NCBI GenBank assembly: GCA_040285855.1
Contig: JAUFOQ010000006.1
Coordinates: forward strand, 992,001-1,056,000
Origin: Eukaryota sp. GEM-RC1
Lineage: Eukaryota
Direction: 5' to 3'
DNA length: 64,000 nucleotides
Part shown: one piece after another, positions 37,481 through 49,223 of the stretch
Numbering within the stretch: the first letter of the stretch is position 1
Layout of the letters: each line of letters opens with the position of its first letter
Translations under genes and position numbers: made by a program
Notes under the pieces: model-generated
What the model was told of the DNA's origin: nothing
The model's database searches: none
The model's input: only the letters and a program-made list of their open reading frames with translations

Positions 37481-37799
37481 AGTTGTAGCAAACCAGCAGA
37501 GTTGTAGCAAACCTTAGTGTTTTGTTTTGGAGGATAAGATGTCAATGTGATGTATGTGTTGTAGGATGGTTGTACAACGTTGAGTTTATTCATGACATGG
37601 ATGAACACGGTTCACAAGTCTAAGAACGAATACCTGCAAACACGTCTCTATCTTGAAAGAAGCTCAACACTTGATATCAAAAGATGTATGGAATCCATCA
37701 AAGAAGGTATAAGTGAATCAGTTTGGGGATATGTGGTTATGGGGTGAAGAGTTTTTGGGGTAAAATGATTTTGGGGAGTATGCACCCCAAATGAATTCA
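37475..37799. repeat. Transposon terminus copy 2
   Basis: Near-identical to 3351..3681. Confidence 0.9.
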
Positions 37800-38800
37800 G
37801 CAGTAGTGTAATTACGGGGTTTAACTCATACTTGGCAAAATAGCCGAACAAATACCAGGTAACCATTATTCACTTTGCCTTCTTTTCTAAGTAGAATAGA
37901 AAGCATTTCCAACACATTTTTCAACCATTCCAAGGTTGTAATTCCTCAAAAACATCAAGAAGATTGGGTTGTTCTTCATCATCAGACGAGTTTGTGACAA
38001 CAATTTACTCTTCAAGAACACCTACTAGTACTTGCACTTGCAAATCCAATTCATGTTCCAAGAATATATCTGAATCTAGTCAATCATTTAAGATTGGTGA
38101 TTTTGAGTTAACGATCGCCAAAACTAGTAAGCTCCACGGTAATTACTTTGGGCCTCTTCTAGTTGTATCACTTGATTCGAAATCTTCTGTGTCACTGAAG
38201 AACCTGATCACTGGATATGTTAGTTACAGATGGTATCCTCGTTGTCTTCATCAAAAACACCTTCGTTCTCGAGATGAAGTACATCAACACGAGATCTTTG
38301 ATCATCCCATATGTGCGTACTCCTACTTCCATTGGTAATTAATTAGTGCGTTATGTTTCAAAAATAGGGACAACACGTAGAAATAGATACAATTGAACAG
38401 TACATCTTTATCCAAAGATTGTTCTGGTACCATTTTATTCATAAAAATACAGAAAACACAGCATTAATTCAAAAAAAATACAAAAAATACAGTATTTATC
38501 GAGACTGAGAAAATACAAAAACACAAAAAAATACAGTATTTGTATTTTCCAAGTATGGTTTAACTCTTACATCGGAAGGTGATGACCACGTCTGAATCAG
38601 TCTGATTCAGACAGACTTGAACTATGCCAAAGGGTGTGACTTGATGTTATATAAATGTTACGATCCGCATTTACTATTCCCTTGACGATTTCGTTCAAAT
38701 AATCTTACTTTGAGAGATATTAAAACAGTAAAAGGTTAACGGGTAATCATCTGAGCAAATGACAAGACTCTTACAATACTTAATAAGCACTAGCCACCTC

Positions 38801-39300
38801 TCAAACACTCTCCTCATCCAACAAGGAAACCAATTGTGCATAGAATTGTCCATGGATTTGAGCTTCTTTGGAGAGAGAAACTTCAGACAGTGGAATACTT
38901 AGATCGCTGACTGCATCCATTGCGTGAAGAGTAGCAAGTCTAAGTGTGGCAGAATCTGGAGAAGAGTTTGGATTTTGAGAGATGTTCTTCTGTGCAGCGA
39001 GAGTTAGTATTGACTGGTCCAGAAATTGACAAGAAGAAAGGCCTGTTGGAGGTGAATCCAACATTAAGAAGTCTAGATCTGTATGTCTTTCAGCCTGAAA
39101 GTTTCAGGTGAGTTTCAATAGAGAATTCCTCTTGATCCTCGGACTACTTTAGCTATCAACAACTCCTCATCTCCCGTTTCCTCTGATGTAATATTTGATT
39201 GTAGAGTCTTTGATGATGTACTTTTTTTTGATCACGTTCTTCTCCCCACTTTTCGTCTTCTTTGTCTACCGTGCATTCCTAGCTTCGCCACCTGCAAAGA
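38801..39300 (-). CDS. Hypothetical spliced protein fragment
   Basis: ORF 38801..39064 extends upstream through a plausible GT..TTCAG intron (~39095-39148) into an acidic coding-like stretch. No family recognised. Confidence 0.3.
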
Positions 39301-41167
39301 CAATCTATAACCAATGAAAAAGGAAAACAAGCTGGGCAATTCTGGAAGGAAGGCTCTTAATTCTATTTTGGATGTTTCTAGATGTCTTGTCTTAGTGCTT
39401 GAACAAGGTATCTTATGGTACTCTATCATCCATCATTTTTAAAATATTGTTATCAGGTTTTTATTACGATTGACAGATGTTTGTTTGGTCACCAGTTCCA
39501 GAATACGTTTAATTTCCCTTCCGAGTTTGCCCACCACATGTGATTTTTTAGAATTGTCTATGTTTATGTTAAGTTTACGTACCCTACCCATTTTCAAAGA
39601 AAATTTGACGATTTTAACTTTTCGTAATTATTTTGTTACGTATTTATCATTGTATATTGCAGAAAACGTATTTCACATGTGTTTATCTATCAGAATTCGT
39701 CAATTCTCCAAAATTTACCGATTATATTCACTGAATGGAGCAACGTTTTTTCTACTACTGGCACAGTGTTAATCAACAATCGAATGCACAAGGAACCGTT
39801 ATTCTTTGGCTCGATCCCTAAGTTCTGGTTGAGACTCCGAATTGTTTCAACAGATGACGTATTTCTGCCCTTGCTTGAATGTGTGTTCAAAGCAGCCAAT
39901 GGGTTCTTGTACTCTGATGGTTTAGTTTTTATAGATTCTAACTGAGAAATCTGAACAATGTAATTATTTGATTTATTAAAATTATTTGGACGAGTTGAAC
40001 CTCTATTGCCATCACTATCACCTGACCTACGTTATAAGGACTTTCCATTCGAGTCTCTTGGGGTCAGAGCACTGTACTTGCCACGACGGCATTCAGAAGC
40101 TAGATGACCAGGGATGCCGCAATTGAAACATTTGATTGGGGACTTCTTATTTTGAGACTGTTGAGGTCTACCAAATCTAGGACCTTGATTTCTTGGAGGG
40201 ATGCCACGTTTTCTGGGGAAGTCTTGTCTACCTTTGACAGGGGAGATTACGGGAGGCAGGAGAAGGAGCTACAGCAGTGGATCGTTTGTAGGTCAGCCAG
40301 ATACCTTTGACTTCGTTAAAGAACTGAGGGAGGAGGCTATCATCCGTCTTCAGTTGTTGATTCCAACGAACATGTAGCTCATTCAGAGGTACAATATCTT
40401 GATTGGGTTTAACTTGGATAAGACCACATCAGCGACGGTGGAAGCATGAAAATGCTCTCTTTGGGCAGAATCACTTGAGAGAGATGGGATGGCCATGGAA
40501 CACTTCAGCACTACGATGATGTTGCAGAGATACTTCTCGATTCATTCAAGGGGGTCTTTGGCTCTGCCTAAGCGTACAGCTCTTAAGGCATTTGAGGCTG
40601 CAGTGGTGGAAGAGTATTGACTCTTGTCCACTAACAACCGCCAGATGGATTGTTCAAGAGCAGCAGTACTCTGAGTACCATTGTCGGTGATTGTGTCCAT
40701 CATCCTCCAGATGGAGAGAGTTGTCTGATCGATGAACTCGCTTACCCCTTCTAGGTCCACCTCACACAGGGCTGTTCTAGCAAAATCAAACTTGTTAATG
40801 GGAGAACCAAGCCAAAGCTTCTGTTATCGGGGTGTTTCCTTCTTAATGGGGGATAGTCCAGTCACTTAAGTAGATCCGCTTACCGTAAGTAGCTAAAGGG
40901 TTTTTGCACTTTAAAGATGTTATGTTGTTATCTATAGATGTGTTATTTGTTTTAATTTTAAATATATATTTATTCTCTGATTTCTTGTCATGACCAGGGA
41001 TTCTTAAAGTATGAAAGTACTTTAAGCACTTTCTTCTTAACTACTAGGATGACTCCAACCATCCCGTATACATCTATTCCTTTCGAAAGTAAGAATTAAA
41101 ACATCTTTTATAAAATAGAAACTCACCAAAAACTGCAAAATCTAAACTACACTATACATATCAAGAG

Positions 41168-41666
41168 TAGAGATGTGAAAATACGCTACTCAAGTACTAC
41201 TGAGTAGTTACTCGAATAGAGTATTTGAGTAGAGTACACCGAGTACTACTCGAGTAGTATTCACACTCACTTTTCTGAAGTGTGAGTATATACTCGACTT
41301 TTACTCGAGTACTACTTAACTTATCTTATTTGATTAGTCGAAACTGTCGTATGAATCGATAGTAGGCTTATACTGTAGCGATAAATAAAAGCGATTTACT
41401 TAGCGTCTAGGTGTTACTAATAGATGTTGTTCATTTTGTTTAGTGTATTGGCATGGCTAATCAATCTGAGTGTGTTCAAGCAATGTTGAGTTTAAAATGG
41501 TTAAGCTGAAGTTCATTATCTGATAATTAGATCTTTTTACTACAAATAGAACATTACAGAGGTGTGTTTATTTGCTTGAAAGTCTAATACAAAAGTTTGT
41601 TGATGAGTACCACTTGAGTACTACTCAATGAATCTACTCCGATACTCGAGTATTTTCCCATCTTTA
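41168..41666. mobile_element. hAT-type MITE (499 bp)
   Basis: TIRs TAGAGATGTGAAAATAC / TAAAGATGGGAAAATAC; perfect 8-bp TSD ATCAAGAG; TACTC/GAGTA subterminal repeats. Confidence 0.9.
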
Positions 41667-42098
41667 ATCAAGAGTGAGTCAGTACTCAAGTTTTCACTTT
41701 GTGAAACAGGAGGGTCCAATGTTATTACAGAGCGAGAGGGGGCGTTTTTTAGTAGGTCACACAAAAAAAGTCCTTCCATTGTCCACCTGTTGGGTTAAAA
41801 GATTTTGTGTTTCAACTTGACAGAATGGACGGCGTCACATAGCTTACAGCGGAACCAAGCGCATGTTTCAGTAACTACTTCCACTACTTCACAGAGAGTC
41901 TGCATTCCTAGGAAGGAAGAGACGTCAAAAAAATTGAAGAGAAATTTGAAGAACAAAATTGTAACATGAAGGATCACTTAATTTAAGTGACTTAATACGG
42001 TATGTTAAAGTGTAAAATAAAGTATAAAGTAAAGTAGTTGACACTACTTTACTTTAATTCTGAAAAAGTGGACAGCTTTAGGAATCCCTGATTATGAC

Positions 42099-43490
42099 AT
42101 ACTAGTATGTTCGGTTCAACACGGTGTTGGAAAATATTCATCCCGTGTTGAGTGTTGGCACCAACACGACGTGACATGTCATTCAGCGTTACACGTTGTG
42201 ACGCGTCGAACGTCACGTCGACGTCGCACTGCGTCGACTTCTGATTTCATATTCCACGTCGCGTCACGTCGACTTCAGAATTTTGGCGTCTCGACGCGTC
42301 ACTTATATAAATGTCACTTCATGTTTGAATATGTTGACCCAGTTTATAGTGATTTGTTGACTCCGATTTTTTGGACAAAAGTTTCTCTAGTAGAACTTTG
42401 TATAAACAAGTTGTTTTATTTAATATGAATTTCAATTTTTGGTACAGTGTAGGTATAGTGTAGTTATTGGTCTAGCTGGTATAAAAATATTCAATGACTT
42501 TAATCGTTTATGTCGTTCTAATGACACGGTTTTTAATGGTACTGTATAGATTGATCGAATGATATTTGCTTTTTATAGAAGCATTTTCAAGTACAATGAG
42601 AATAATTTTCACCTAGCGGAATTTGCCTCTAAAATGTCGAAAAGAACGCAAAACATAAATTTGTCTATTGGTCCTGCTGGTGATCAATTTTTCAAGGATT
42701 TCGAAGAATTGTGTAAAGAAAAGAAGCGTAAGTTTAGAATGGCTGAATGGAAAAACCGTATAGTGTTTTCCATATATCGGAATATGCCTTTCTATTTCTC
42801 TAGATTAATTGAGAAATTGTACAAGTTTGGTGTGAAGGTTCATGTAGATAAACGTAATCTTTTACCGGGTGGTGATGACGTCGTTTGGATTTAATCTTAG
42901 TATTATTTGTTTGTTTGTTTTTACAATTTCATAGTTTGTAGAAAGGTTACCTTATTGGGTGCCGAATAAACATCTCTCTAAATTTGTCTTAGTGAGACTA
43001 ATTTCCACTGAGACTAAATGATGTGACCAGTGTATTTATGTTCCATTGATTCCATGTATAGGGATAATTCTCGTGTTGATGTGGAGAAACTAACTTCTTT
43101 CATTTTTTGAATTAGTGTGCACTGTCTTAATTTATTGTTGCAATTAAAGTCTTTAGTTCTGTTGTAATGTCATATGATGAATAATATTGCATTGACAATG
43201 CATTAACACATCTATTTTTTACTCATGTTTCAGCCGAACCAAGTTGATACATTGGAACTGATTTTCAATGATTCCAGAACTGATAACATGCAGATCTTAT
43301 CAATAATCCATCCATTTGAGTAAACTTTGGAGGTAAAACTGGAATTTTTCACCTTTATCCAATATAGTTTTATCAAGAACAGTAGAAATTTACCCAAATT
43401 CATTGAAGTGACATAAAGAATGACTTATCCAACACGTGTTGGACTTCTCGGTAACCGCATTCTACACGTGTTGAGGTGACTCCGAACATA
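42099..43490. mobile_element. TIR element with nested retroelement fragments
   Basis: TATGTTCGG / CCGAACATA inverted ends; flanking direct repeat GATTATGAC (42090-42098, 43491-43499); CAACAC/GTGTTG subterminal repeats. Confidence 0.6.
42466..42894 (+). mobile_element. Two tandem 3'-end fragments of RLE-type non-LTR elements
   Basis: IGLAGIKIFNDFNRLCR..*IDRMIFAFYRS followed by IGPAGDQFFKDFEELCK..WKNRIVFSIYRN; both parallel the C-terminus of ORF 10881..11513. Confidence 0.7.
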
Positions 43491-44252
43491 GATTATGACC
43501 ACATGATTGACTACGACTGTCGTCTGACCTAAGTTTGTTTGCTTTCAGACGATTGTAGTTCAGAAATTCCAAATTTTCTTGTCATTAATAATGCAGAAAA
43601 CTGTTATAAGTGTCGACTCCATTTGTTTCCAGCAAACGTAAGACTTCAATAGCAGTAAAAGAGATGAATAGAAGCACTGAGAATTGTATCTTCCAACAAT
43701 GACTAGGGTAGTATCAATTTAATGATATCAATGGAGACGAAAAAGACATTAATTTAGAATAGTAATGTTCTGTAATTATATATGCTTAAGTGACACCAGT
43801 TGTAGAATCTTCTTTTTCTTACAGAAGTATTATGTGTTCTAATTTAGTGAACAGATTAATGTTTAGTGGGGTTGTGTATTACTGGTAGGCCAATTCTGCA
43901 AAATTAAATGTATATTATCATATATTAAATACATAAGTTGATTCTCTAAGTATACGGTCTGTTACTTCACAATCAGAGAACACCAAAATATTTTTGATAA
44001 AATTAAATGTATATTAATATACTAACCGATTACCATTAAGAATCAACAGTTTCAATTAGATCTCCAAGGCAAATTTAACGCGAAAACATACTGAAAATAC
44101 GAAATTGTCTGAACACTCGCTTAATAAATATGATTTTACTATGAACTTCACGTTCTGCAAATACATTGCTATCAACGTGTGTTTTGGAAAGTGAAAGAGT
44201 TTACTCAAAAAATGCAACTCGAACATAATCTTTGGACTCAATTTCTCTGTCA

Positions 44253-44993
44253 ATGGCACGACTTCCTCAAAATCAACAACAAGCTCTTGACAGCTTTCAA
44301 GCCGTTGGCCATGCTTCCCGATCTGAAGCTCTCCGGATACTTCGAGAACATAACTTTGATGTACAAGCATCTCTTAATTACTTTTTCTCTGTTTCACCTT
44401 CACCTGAAGAAGACATGACACAAATGGAACAAGCTTTCCGAAAATATGCCGTTACCGTCAATGACACCGATATCATCACTTTTGAAGGATTTAGTAGGCT
44501 TTCATCTGATGTTGGACTTCCGATGGATGACATCAGATGGCTTATCTTTCTTTGGAAAGGCGATGCCTCACAAATGGGTGAGATCACACAGGAAGAGTTT
44601 CTAACGGGTTGTAAAGCCTTAGGAGCCTACAACTTCCCTCACCTACAGCAAAAGCTTGCGGACTGTAACAACATCATTGCAAATCGCCGATCCTTCTCAG
44701 ATTTCTACAAATGGCTATTCGGATATCTTAAGGAATCTCCGGACCATAGATCTATTGTAGTTGCCCATGCTGAAGTCGCTTGGAGGAAACTGTTTGCTGA
44801 TTGGTCATTACTGGAAGACTGGATAGACTTTGTGAAGAACCACCGTAAGTTGAAGTTAATTAATCGTGATTTATGGACAGAATTGTTTGGGTTCATTAAT
44901 ACAGTGGGTAGTGATCTGAGTAAGTTCTCAGCTGACGATGCTTGGCCTTCTGTCATTGATTCGTTTTGTGATTGGAAGATGAAGCAGCAATAA
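44253..44993 (+). CDS. DCN1: DCN1-like neddylation co-E3 (UBA-like plus PONY domain)
   Basis: UBA-like N-terminus; MGEITQEEFLTG, DFYKWLF, INRDLW, DDAWPSVIDSF. Confidence 0.92.
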   Translation: MARLPQNQQQALDSFQAVGHASRSEALRILREHNFDVQASLNYFFSVSPSPEEDMTQMEQAFRKYAVTVNDTDIITFEGFSRLSSDVGLPMDDIRWLIFLWKGDASQMGEITQEEFLTGCKALGAYNFPHLQQKLADCNNIIANRRSFSDFYKWLFGYLKESPDHRSIVVAHAEVAWRKLFADWSLLEDWIDFVKNHRKLKLINRDLWTELFGFINTVGSDLSKFSADDAWPSVIDSFCDWKMKQQ

Positions 44994-45728
44994 ATTATGT
45001 ATCGGAATTGTATGAACTTTCTTTGTCTTCCATAAACTAAAACATATAATTACAATTGATTTAAAAATGCGTAAATACTTCTAACATTATTCTAATCCGA
45101 ACTACTTAATAACTAATGCACCCACACTACACGCACTCTAGACGTCACACAGTATTATGCAGTACATAGTTTATCTCCATTGTTGATGTGCTATTCGTTA
45201 AAACGAGGCTTCTTCTTGTTTGACAAAACTCTGTCTGAAAGACTCTTTTGTTCACTGTTTACGTTCCCTGTACAAGGAAGAGTATGATAAGTGTGGTGTA
45301 TAAGACTTCGTATTGTACATCATGACTCTTCACTACGTCAGTTGCTCCAACACTGTTAGCCAAAGGTAATTGTATAGTCTCCAGTAGGATAATTTCCATT
45401 TATAAACTCCTTTTACCCTCTTTCATCCATATCAAGGTATCAACACATCACTATTAAAAAAGTGAATTTGAAGACGAATTCTTCTAGAAAAATGGCTCTC
45501 GAGACTTTCACAGAGCTATTGTAAAGTTTTCAATTAATGCAATTTTGTGTATTGGGTCATAGTAACACTGTTTTTTGGAGCCCTATTTGGAATTGGATTA
45601 TCATTATGTTACAACCATAGTTTTCAATTAATAGCTTCATGTCTCAGTAATTCCTAGAATTATTAGAGGTACATGAAACATCCATCTTCAATTTGTACAT
45701 TTAATGAGTATATATTATTTGTAATAAT

Positions 45729-48700
45729 TGTCACGCAAAGTACATGTTTGTGGTAAAGTGATCAAACCCACAATCAGAGAAACTGATCTAGTTATCCTTA
45801 GAACAAACACCGCTACGGTTCAAACAAACATCTTGGCGTCTTCTTGGAACATCAATAATCAGGGGTGGGGAAAATTGGATTGGCAATCCAATATTTCCAT
45901 TATATTAATATATATTGATACCAATATACAATTGGTAATCTAGGTCGTGTATTGTACATTCTGTTCTTAATTGTTATAGTGCACTATATTGGTAGTCTTG
46001 TTTTCATATTGATTTCACACGAAACTATATTCTTCTATATCTGTTGGTATTTTCTCGTCTATTGCTACTATGAGAAAGCTATCAAATATGGATTTGATAC
46101 TGTTTTTTCGTGAACATCGCTTTGGGAAAGGAGAATATTAGCAGTTATGTTAACCTCAATTTTTTTTCCAGGGCGTTTCTCCTGCATAAAAAAAGTCGTT
46201 AAGGCCTGCAGTTGTAATTGCACTACAAAATCACACTTTGGGACTTCCAGATTGTCTACACAATTTGTGATCAACATTGGTGTGCAGCAAATGAAGAAAC
46301 TAGTGATGACGAGTGAGTTTGTCATTAGTACCTATGAAGAATTAAACCATAAAATGACGTGTCATTTGTTGTTTCAAAATGTAACATAACACTTAAATTC
46401 ATCAATGAGAATGTTTCAAATCAGGGCCTGGAAAAATTGAATTGCCAATACAATTACTTGGACACATTGGTATGAACCATTGATTGGCTCAACATAAATC
46501 ATTGAAACATTGATTGATATAATGTTCAAACATTGCAACATTGGCCAATTGTATTTTGCGAATTATCCTATTTGACTCAACACTACAAATCGCACCACCA
46601 ATATGCAGCTGATGTAGATAGTCGTATTAACATGTTCTTTGCGAACAAAATACATAGATCGTATGATTTGGCTGTTCTACTACTAGTAGTAGTGGTAATA
46701 CTTGAAATATTGGGCCAATATCACTCATTGAAACATCGTTTCGACCAATATCTAACATTCAAACATTGATTGGGCCGATATCTAACATTCAAACATTGAT
46801 TGGTTTCATTTGAAACATTGTCATTGGCATTTAAATACCAATCATTGACATTGGCAGCCTGGTTTCAAATGTCACCTTGTCAAATGCTCATCAATCTTGT
46901 CATGTCACTCTATCTACAAATTCTACAACATCAAACCCAAGGACGTATTTCCTGAAGTCTTGTTCATGCCTTTTGTTGTTAATGACAATGTCGCTTCCTT
47001 CTCCGATGATTGCTTCTATTCTGTTGTCTGCATCGCATCAACCATTCTGGATTCAATGCTCGATAGTACTCCCCAGTATTTTGGTTCCAAACCCAAAGTT
47101 TCCTTGTCAGTTTGAATTAAGAGATTGCTGTCCAACAGCCAAAGTACCTTAGAATGTGCTTCTCTTGCACTTTTCTACCTCAACAAACTCCAAAAGTCCT
47201 GTCCCCATCTTCGATTCACTGGAAGTCTATATTCGTCGTTTGTATATGGTTGCTTTCATGCTATATATATTTGAACTCAATAGAGCTAATCCTGTCGCCT
47301 TTCTACCATCCTTCAATCTCTTTCATGTACAGCTACAGACTTCAATGTCTCTTTCTTCACTGACTTTTCAGTTGATGATGTCTACCCACAATCTTCAGTT
47401 TCTTTTCCCAAGTCTTTTGGGATGATGACTCTGCTTCGAAATGATCTTCTGAATCTAACTACTTAAATTCTGGGACTTTTACAACCACAATCTACTCCTC
47501 CAGACCAGTCTTCTTGTCGTCTCAGTCTAGACCAAAGCATTGGCTCTTTCAAAACTCGTACTAATACTCTTCTTGATTCCCTCTCCTGCTTTGACTTCAC
47601 TCCCCTAAACCTCTCATCAGGATATCCTCTCTATTTGAACTCAAAGACTTCTCTCATCCGTCTACGCTCACCCAGGAGAATCTCTTCAAGTCACATCCTC
47701 TTTGAACATCGTCACTTCCCCTTACAATGCATCTACCAACTGCTGGTTCCTCTCCATTGATCCTATTCCTTACCCCACCATGAACCACTTCACAAATGAC
47801 CGGAGACTTTATGGTAATATTCTTAGAGTGATTGATTTAATTCGATAATTCTCAATCACAGTATTTTCTACTGGTATTAAGTATCATAAGTATGTCATTA
47901 GGGATCTTTTGATTGAGGGTTTGATTGATGGTGATTATGTTGATTACTATTTTGATTCTTCTGGTGATTGTTGTTGATTCAGGACAGCTTTTTGGAACTC
48001 TATTGGAAACAATCTGTTCTGATTGCAATCCAATTGATTGATTGAACTACTTTGATGATGGTAGAAGCTCTAAAGTCCCTGATATTCCACTATTTCTGGT
48101 TATACCGATCGGAAATCACCATTTTTTGATGTTTCGAGATCAAAATCACTCTAAACAGGTCAAAATTCTGATGTGATTGATGACGTTACTTCACTCTGCA
48201 ATTCGTTTACTCAACTGCAATGTAAAAACATTAATGTACGGTCTCAACAGATTCTTCTATAACACAAACTATGGATCAATCGTTGCGTCCAGATCTAACG
48301 TCACCAGGTCAAAAATCACTTTGAATCCCATCAAAGGTTCATAAAATGAAAGAATTCAAGAGGATCTTGAGTTTTCTTTTCAGAATATGTTGTTAATTGT
48401 TTTGGTTCTTCACCAAGTGGTTTGTTGATTTCACACGTTATACTTTCTTTATTTCCTATAACAATCGTGAATCAGGTTATGTTCTTTCCTATATCTTAGT
48501 GATCTCTTCTCTGATTGGTCTGTGATGACGATTCCCTTTGGTATCAGAGTCGGACCTTTTGATACGAGTGCTAGAATCATGATTGATTTGTTACGACTTC
48601 CTACCATTGGCTACACTTCGATTGTTCTAGGGGATTAATTTCATCAGAAAGTCGACATTGTTTTTAATTTTGACGACTTTAGAGAAGGTAAGTCCTATTA

Positions 48701-49223
48701 CGAGTTTCAACCTTCATCACAATCTCAATTTGAAATTTGCATTTCAGGAAGTAATTTCCTGGATATTGAATTTAACTCATATCAATTAAATACTTTAAAT
48801 TCGATTTTTTTATTGTTTTCAAACATTTTATATATTGGTAATTGTCAAAATTTTGTAGAAAATCGTTACTACTTTCAGACCAGAAGGGTTATGTTCAACT
48901 TTCTCTCTAGTTCAAGAAGCTCTTAGAATGTGAGAAAATAATCTTTGATTTTTGCTAAAACAACGTGTCGAACACAACAATTTTTAAATTGTGTGAATAC
49001 ATTTCTGTTCTTTTCCCAAAATAATTCATAATACTGCATGACTTGAGTTAATGAGTCTCCTTTGCCTTGATCAAGTTTTACTTCTGCAGCGAAGACTAGA
49101 GCATGGCTGGAAATTACAGCCAAGTCAAATGTTTTTGATTGCTTAACATCAGTACCGAAGATATCGGTTAATATTGACTCAAGAAGTTCTTGTCATTGTT
49201 ATTGCTTAAGTTTTGCAACATCG
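45729..49223 (+). repeat. Dispersed repeat family, copy B
   Basis: Colinear with 54941..57636 and inverse to 28180..29880. Confidence 0.9.
46422..46861. mobile_element. ~440-bp TIR insertion within repeat copy B
   Basis: CAGG...CCTG ends; flanking direct repeat (G)TTTCAAAT; absent from copy C (empty site near 55645-55660). Related fragment near 25400-25470. Confidence 0.75.

Larger units (their letters stand above)
33050..37799 (-). mobile_element. Fanzor-carrying non-autonomous transposon (internal-deletion derivative)
   Basis: One end is the shared terminus 37475..37799 and the other is the omega-RNA end. Imperfect terminal inverted repeats TGAATTTCATT (33051) and AATGAATTCA (37790-37799). 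No transposase inside. Confidence 0.75.

Noticed and set aside
40380..40830. Reverse transcriptase fragment (LGSPI on the minus strand)
   Set aside because: Only one short motif and no YxDD or neighbouring RT motifs; left unassigned.
41795..41977. BED zinc finger of a hAT transposase (WFRCKLC)
   Set aside because: Too short and degenerate to support.
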